Positions 58,799 to 64,000 of a stretch of 64,000 nucleotides of DNA are shown one piece after another. The position numbers were made by a program, and so were the translations under genes. Source of the DNA: an uncultured Clostridium sp. (lineage in GTDB: Bacteria > Bacillota > Clostridia > Lachnospirales > Lachnospiraceae). Numbering within the stretch: the first letter of the stretch is position 1; the number at the start of each line of letters is the position of its first letter. The DNA lies in assembly GCA_947644195.1 (NCBI GenBank), contig CANRZB010000007.1, positions 7,107 to 71,106 on the forward strand. Direction: 5' to 3'. The notes beneath the pieces were generated by a model that made no database searches, was not told the DNA's origin, and worked only from the letters and a program-made list of their open reading frames with translations.

Positions 58799-60787
58799 GT
58801 GGCAGAGTATACGGGAAAAGAAATCGTCGTTTTAGAGGGATTAGAGGCAGTGCGGATGCGGCCGGGAATGTACATCGGTTCCACCGGGTCTCGTGGGTTG
58901 CATCATCTGATCTGGGAAATTTTAGACAATGCTATAGACGAGCATCTCGCAGGATATTGTGATGAAGTACACATTACCATGCAGCGGGATGGAGGCATTA
59001 GTATAGAAGATAATGGCCGTGGGGTGCCGATCGACCTGCATCCCACACAGAAGATTCCGACGGTACGCGTTGTCTATACGGTACTGCACGCTGGGGGCAA
59101 GTTTGGAAATGGCGCCTACAAAGTATCAGGTGGATTGCACGGCGTTGGATCCTCGGTGGTCAATGCTCTGTCGCGCAGCATGAGTGTGGAAGTCAAGCGG
59201 GATGGGCTGATCTACCATGACGCCTATGCTGATGGAGGAAAACCGATTAGCCCCTTAATCAAAGGCGAACTGGAGGTAATCGGGAAATGCAGGAAATCAG
59301 AGACCGGCACCAAGGTTACCTTCTATCCGGATCCAGAGATCTTTGAAACCGTAACATTCAAGCCTGAGACCGTCAAAAAGAAATTAAAAGAAATCGCATA
59401 TCTCAATAAAAATCTCAAATTAGTTTACTATAATGAAGCGGATGAGGAGGAGCGCACTTATCTGGAAGAGGATGGAATCCGCAGTTTCGTATCTTATATT
59501 AATCGGGAGGCATCCGTTATCCATGACACTCCCATATATGTAGAGGGAAAGAGCGGAGATATTGAAGTAGAAGTGGCTTTTCAATATACGCACAATTTTT
59601 CAGAACAGATCAACGCCTATTGTAACCGGATCAATGTCGCCGACGGCGGTACGTTGGTCACGGGCTTCAAGACGGCATTAACCCGTATCATGAATCAATA
59701 TGCCAGGGAGTTAGGGATTCTCAAAGAAAAAGATGAGAATTTTGACGGAAAGGATATTCGTAACGGTATCGTAGCGATCATTTCCATCAAGCATCCAGAT
59801 CCTCAGTTTGAAGGGCAGACTAAGACGAAACTGGGAAATACGGATGCCAAGGTAGCGGTGGAGGAAGTCTTTAGTGCGGAAATACAGCACTATCTGGATA
59901 AGAATGTAGACATCCTGAAAAATATTCTGGACAATTCCATGAAATCCTATAATGCCCGCAAAGCAAGTGACAAAGCGAGAAATGCTGCATTGAAGCAGCT
60001 TGGGGATATGGATGCCAAAGGCAAGCTGGCGGCATGCACTTCCAAGAAACCGGAAGAGTGTGAAATTTATATTGTCGAGGGGGATTCTGCCGGCGGAACG
60101 GTAAAGACAGCCCGAAACCGTAAGACACAGGCTGTTCTGCCATTACGGGGCAAGATTCTGAATGTAGAGAAAGCCGCGTTAGAAAAAATATTAGTGAACA
60201 ATGAAATAAAATCCATGATCACTGCGTTTGGATGTGGAATCGGGGATGCCTTTGATTTGAGCAAACTGCGCTACGACAAGATTATTATTCTGACCGATGC
60301 CGATGTGGACGGAGCGCATATCAGTACCCTGCTTCTGACATTCTTTTATCGGTTCATGCCGGAGTTGATCTATTCCGGCAAGATCTATCGGGGACTGCCA
60401 CCGTTATATAAAGTGGATTATGAAAAAGCGGCCGGCGCAAAGCCTACGGCGGCAGACGAGGCGGCGCAGGTGCATACCTCCGGGAACAAGAAAAAAGGTA
60501 AAAAGAAATATTCCCGCTATGTGTTCAATGATTTTGAGTTAGAAAAATTCCGCAAAGTGAAGGGGAATAAAATTTTGGGAATACAGCGTTATAAGGGCTT
60601 AGGAGAAATGGATGCGGAGCAGCTCTGGGAGACAACCCTGGATCCCGACAGCCGGATCCTGGCTCAGGTCAGCATCAGCGATACCTTAGAGGCCGATGAT
60701 ATTACCGCCACATTGATGAGCAGCAACGTTCCGCCCCGCCGGGAGTTCATTATGGAAGAGGCAAAATATGCCACGGTTGATATTTAG
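58799..60787 (+). CDS. parE: Type IIA topoisomerase B subunit, probably topoisomerase IV ParE
   Basis: EAVRMRPGMYIG, EILDNAIDE, DNGRG, GGLHGVG, IVEGDSAGG, PLRGKILNV, TDADVDG, RYKGLGEM. Confidence 0.85.
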   Translation: MAEYTGKEIVVLEGLEAVRMRPGMYIGSTGSRGLHHLIWEILDNAIDEHLAGYCDEVHITMQRDGGISIEDNGRGVPIDLHPTQKIPTVRVVYTVLHAGGKFGNGAYKVSGGLHGVGSSVVNALSRSMSVEVKRDGLIYHDAYADGGKPISPLIKGELEVIGKCRKSETGTKVTFYPDPEIFETVTFKPETVKKKLKEIAYLNKNLKLVYYNEADEEERTYLEEDGIRSFVSYINREASVIHDTPIYVEGKSGDIEVEVAFQYTHNFSEQINAYCNRINVADGGTLVTGFKTALTRIMNQYARELGILKEKDENFDGKDIRNGIVAIISIKHPDPQFEGQTKTKLGNTDAKVAVEEVFSAEIQHYLDKNVDILKNILDNSMKSYNARKASDKARNAALKQLGDMDAKGKLAACTSKKPEECEIYIVEGDSAGGTVKTARNRKTQAVLPLRGKILNVEKAALEKILVNNEIKSMITAFGCGIGDAFDLSKLRYDKIIILTDADVDGAHISTLLLTFFYRFMPELIYSGKIYRGLPPLYKVDYEKAAGAKPTAADEAAQVHTSGNKKKGKKKYSRYVFNDFELEKFRKVKGNKILGIQRYKGLGEMDAEQLWETTLDPDSRILAQVSISDTLEADDITATLMSSNVPPRREFIMEEAKYATVDI

Positions 60788-60832
60788 AAAAAATAGTAGG
60801 CACAGTAAAGCAGTGCAGAAATCAGGAGAACT

Positions 60833-63091
60833 ATGAGTACACAGAAAGATTCCATTATTCAATTAGACTTTACGGAGGAAATGCGTAATTCGTATCGGGA
60901 TTATGCAGTCAGCGTCATTATTTCCCGCGCCCTGCCGGATGTGCGCGACGGGCTGAAGCCTGTGCAGCGTCGTATCCTGTATGCGATGACGGAGTTGGGG
61001 CTGGACCCGGACAAGCCGCATCGAAAAAGTGCGCGTATCGTCGGGGATACCATGGGTAAATACCATCCCCACGGGGACAGTTCCATCTATGACGCCCTGG
61101 TACATATGACGGAGGACTATTCTCTGTCCGTGCCGCTTGTGGACGGCCATGGTAACTTTGGTTCCATCGACGGGGATGGGGCGGCGGCCATGCGTTATAC
61201 GGAGGCAAGATTATCCAAAGGCGCCATGACCATGTTGGAAAATTTGAATCAAAATCTGGTGCCATTTGGCCCAAACTTTGACGAGAGTGAGCAGGAACCT
61301 CTGGTTTTGCCAGCGACCTTACCCAATCTATTGATCAATGGAACAACGGGAATTGCTGTTGGCATGGCAACCAATATGCCTCCTCACAATCCGGGAGAAG
61401 TGATAGACGGCGTCATTGCCTATATGAAGAACCCTGAGATTACCACCAGGGGCTTGATGAAACATATCCAGGGGCCGGATTTTCCAACGGGGGCAATCAT
61501 TACCAATGCGGATGAGATTGCACAGATTTACGAGACCGGAGAGGGCAAACTGCGTGTCCGTGCCAGGACAGAGATAGAAAAGAGTGATTATGGCAGACAG
61601 AATATTGTCATTACAGAAATACCGTATACTGTGGCGGGCAATAAGTCCAAGTTGTTGGAAAGCCTAGTGGCGCTTGCCAGGGACAAGGTCTTTGAAGAAA
61701 TCTACGATGTGCGGGACGAATCTTCCAAGGAGGGAATTCGTCTGGTCATTGAAGTTAAAAAAGACCGTGATATCGAAAACCTTTTGAATGGTCTGTATAA
61801 AAAAACGGCGATGGAAGATACTTACGGTGTCAACATGCTTGCCGTCAAAGATAAACAGCCAATCACGTTTTCTTTGAAACGTCTGGTTCAGGAATTTGTC
61901 AGTTTTCAGGAAGAACTGTATACCAAGGAATATACGAATTTATTGGAGAAAGCGCATGCCAGACAGGAAATTGTGGAGGGGCTGATCAAGGCGACCGATG
62001 TCATTGATCTGATTATTGAAATCTTGCGGGGCAGTTCTTCGGTCAAACAGGCGAAAGATTGTCTGGTAAACGGCAACACCGAGGAGATTAGCTTTAAGAC
62101 GAAAGCGTCAGAGAAACAGGCGCAGACGTTAGATTTTACGATGCCGCAGGCCGAAGCGATTCTGGCGATGCCGTTAAGCCGTTTGGTCGGATTGGAACTG
62201 CTGAAGCTGCATCAGGAAAACGATACGCTTACCGCAAATATCGCAGAATATAATAAAATTTTGGGTGACCGTGCGGAACTGCATCAGGTTATTATGACTC
62301 GCCTGAAAGCCTATAAAAAACAATTTGCAATACCGCGCAGGACAGAACTTGCCAATTTAACCATCAAAAATTATGTTGTGGAGGAAAAGGAAGAAGAACT
62401 CTATGTGCTGATTGACCGCTTTGGTTATACGAAGTCTATGGATGCCGGGGCATATGGCAGGATGTCGCCGGATAATCTGGAAGAATATGTCCATATTGTG
62501 CCTATCAGAAATACCGATAAACTATGCGTATTTACGACTGCGGGCAATATGTATCAGGTCAAGGCGAAAAGTATTCCGAAAGGGAAACCGAAGGATAAGG
62601 GGACATTGATCCATAACCTCTGCAAAATTGAACAGGAGGATCCGCTATTATATATCTCTTTTGAAGAATTGTTTGATTCCCAGCTGCTGTTTATTACCAG
62701 GCATGGTTTTGTCAAACTGGTATCCGGAGTGGAATATGAAACCAACCGCCAGCAGATTGCCAGTACCAAACTCGAAGAAGGAGATGAGGTAGTCTGTGTA
62801 CAATCCGTTCACATTGAGGATGTCATTGCCGGTGACCGCAAAGTCATTATGATAACAGAACAAGAGTTATCCTTGGGATTTGGTCTGGAAGAAGTCAGTG
62901 AATTCAAGAAAACCAGCCGAGGTGTCAAGGGAATTGCCCTCACGTCAGGAGATCAGGTACAATATGCCGGGTTTGTCACACCGGAACAGGAAGTGATTAC
63001 GTTTGACGGAAAAGAATTTCTGCCAAAGAAGATCCGCAACCGGAAACGGGCAGCCAAAGGACAGAAGGCAAGCATCCGAAATAACCCTTGA
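60833..63091 (+). CDS. parC: Type IIA topoisomerase A subunit, probably topoisomerase IV ParC
   Basis: [29 protein letters not shown] (catalytic Tyr). Shortened CTD with no QxRGGKG GyrA-box in the first blade. Confidence 0.85.
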   Translation: MSTQKDSIIQLDFTEEMRNSYRDYAVSVIISRALPDVRDGLKPVQRRILYAMTELGLDPDKPHRKSARIVGDTMGKYHPHGDSSIYDALVHMTEDYSLSVPLVDGHGNFGSIDGDGAAAMRYTEARLSKGAMTMLENLNQNLVPFGPNFDESEQEPLVLPATLPNLLINGTTGIAVGMATNMPPHNPGEVIDGVIAYMKNPEITTRGLMKHIQGPDFPTGAIITNADEIAQIYETGEGKLRVRARTEIEKSDYGRQNIVITEIPYTVAGNKSKLLESLVALARDKVFEEIYDVRDESSKEGIRLVIEVKKDRDIENLLNGLYKKTAMEDTYGVNMLAVKDKQPITFSLKRLVQEFVSFQEELYTKEYTNLLEKAHARQEIVEGLIKATDVIDLIIEILRGSSSVKQAKDCLVNGNTEEISFKTKASEKQAQTLDFTMPQAEAILAMPLSRLVGLELLKLHQENDTLTANIAEYNKILGDRAELHQVIMTRLKAYKKQFAIPRRTELANLTIKNYVVEEKEEELYVLIDRFGYTKSMDAGAYGRMSPDNLEEYVHIVPIRNTDKLCVFTTAGNMYQVKAKSIPKGKPKDKGTLIHNLCKIEQEDPLLYISFEELFDSQLLFITRHGFVKLVSGVEYETNRQQIASTKLEEGDEVVCVQSVHIEDVIAGDRKVIMITEQELSLGFGLEEVSEFKKTSRGVKGIALTSGDQVQYAGFVTPEQEVITFDGKEFLPKKIRNRKRAAKGQKASIRNNP

Positions 63092-63212
63092 TTTGCAGGA
63101 GGAATGTTGTTTTGCAGCAGGTTTTCACGGACATTGCATCGTGCAAATGGCTGCATTGCGAGTAAAACTGTAAATATTATAGATGCATTATACAGAAAGA
63201 AGGAACGTTACT

Positions 63213-64000
63213 ATGAAAAAAATACCATTTGTAACCAAAGAACAAGTAGAAGAGATTGTAAAAACCTATCCCACACCATTTCATATTTATGATGAGAAAG
63301 CAATTCGGGAAAATGCCCGCAAGCTAAAGAAGGCATTTGCCTGGAATAAGGGATATCGGGAATATTTTGCCGTGAAAGCCACCCCCAATCCATTTATTCT
63401 AAAAATCTTGCAGGAAGAGGGATGTGGTGTAGACTGTTCCTCCCTGACCGAGTTGATGATGTCGGAAGCCTGCGGGTTCCGAGGAGAAGATATCATGTTT
63501 TCCTCCAATGTAACGCCGGTGGAAGAATACCAAAAGGCAAAAGAATTGGATGCTTTTATCAATTTAGATGACATTACCCATATTGAGTTTCTGGAGCAGG
63601 CAGCCGGTATTCCGGAAACCATTTGCTGCCGTTTTAATCCAGGCGGTGTCTTTAAGATGGGCACCGACATTATGGATCATCCGGGAGACGCAAAATATGG
63701 CATGACGAGAGAGCAGATTGCAGAAGCATTCCGGCGTTTAAAAGATTTGGGAGTAAAACGCTTTGGAATACACTCTTTTTTGGCAAGCAATACAGTGACG
63801 AATCAGTATTATCCGACGCTTGCGGGGATCTTATTTCAGCTGGCAGTAGACTTGCATGAGGAAACAGGGGTGGAGATTGCGTTTGTCAATCTTTCCGGCG
63901 GAGTCGGCGTACCATATACACCGGACAAAGAACCGAATGACATTGCGGTAATCGGCGCAGGCGTCCGCGAGCAATTTGAAAAAATTATGGTTCCGGCGGG
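63213..64000 (+). CDS. lysA: Diaminopimelate decarboxylase, 5' part (runs off the window)
   Basis: MKKIPFVTKEQ...PTPFHIYDE, YFAVKATPN (PLP lysine), DAKYG, NLSGGVG. Not in the ORF track. Confidence 0.9.
   Translation, partial: MKKIPFVTKEQVEEIVKTYPTPFHIYDEKAIRENARKLKKAFAWNKGYREYFAVKATPNPFILKILQEEGCGVDCSSLTELMMSEACGFRGEDIMFSSNVTPVEEYQKAKELDAFINLDDITHIEFLEQAAGIPETICCRFNPGGVFKMGTDIMDHPGDAKYGMTREQIAEAFRRLKDLGVKRFGIHSFLASNTVTNQYYPTLAGILFQLAVDLHEETGVEIAFVNLSGGVGVPYTPDKEPNDIAVIGAGVREQFEKIMVPA

Noticed and set aside
58799-63091. Second gyrase or resistance-type topoisomerase
   Set aside because: The missing GyrA-box and short CTD fit ordinary topoisomerase IV.

Overview
64 kb of chromosome from a Firmicute, most likely Lachnospiraceae-like Clostridia (inferred from gene order and protein style). 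It is mostly housekeeping genes: ttcA, lacZ-type GH2, nadA, mnmA, hydE, metY, mtnA, tcdA, csoR-copA, secA-prfB (programmed +1 frameshift), hom-ask, tex, fucO, murB-rapZ-whiA-crh-dnaE-pfkA, parE-parC and lysA, plus tRNA-Trp and tRNA-Arg. No CRISPR array, prophage, integrase or transposase was seen. The best candidates for undescribed systems are four. (1) An AT-rich, translationally coupled three-gene cassette at 57053-58575 that looks like a split, minimal ABC-ATPase plus a TOPRIM-like nuclease, i.e. a PARIS/OLD-like defence candidate. (2) A cytoplasmic ParB/Srx-fold + BMP ligand-binding fusion coupled to a metallophosphoesterase (1965-4504). (3) An AAA-ATPase/PD-(D/E)XK gene bracketed by 131-bp direct repeats that carry a terminator and a promoter (31657-33845). 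(4) A Zn-macrodomain/SirTM ADP-ribosylation pair without its usual GcvH-L target (25450-28453). Also present are a 167-bp CTAG-bounded MITE-like element in two copies, a dispersed palindromic repeat family, and a tRNA-Trp with a 4-bp anticodon stem. All assignments come from reading motifs by eye; no database search was run.
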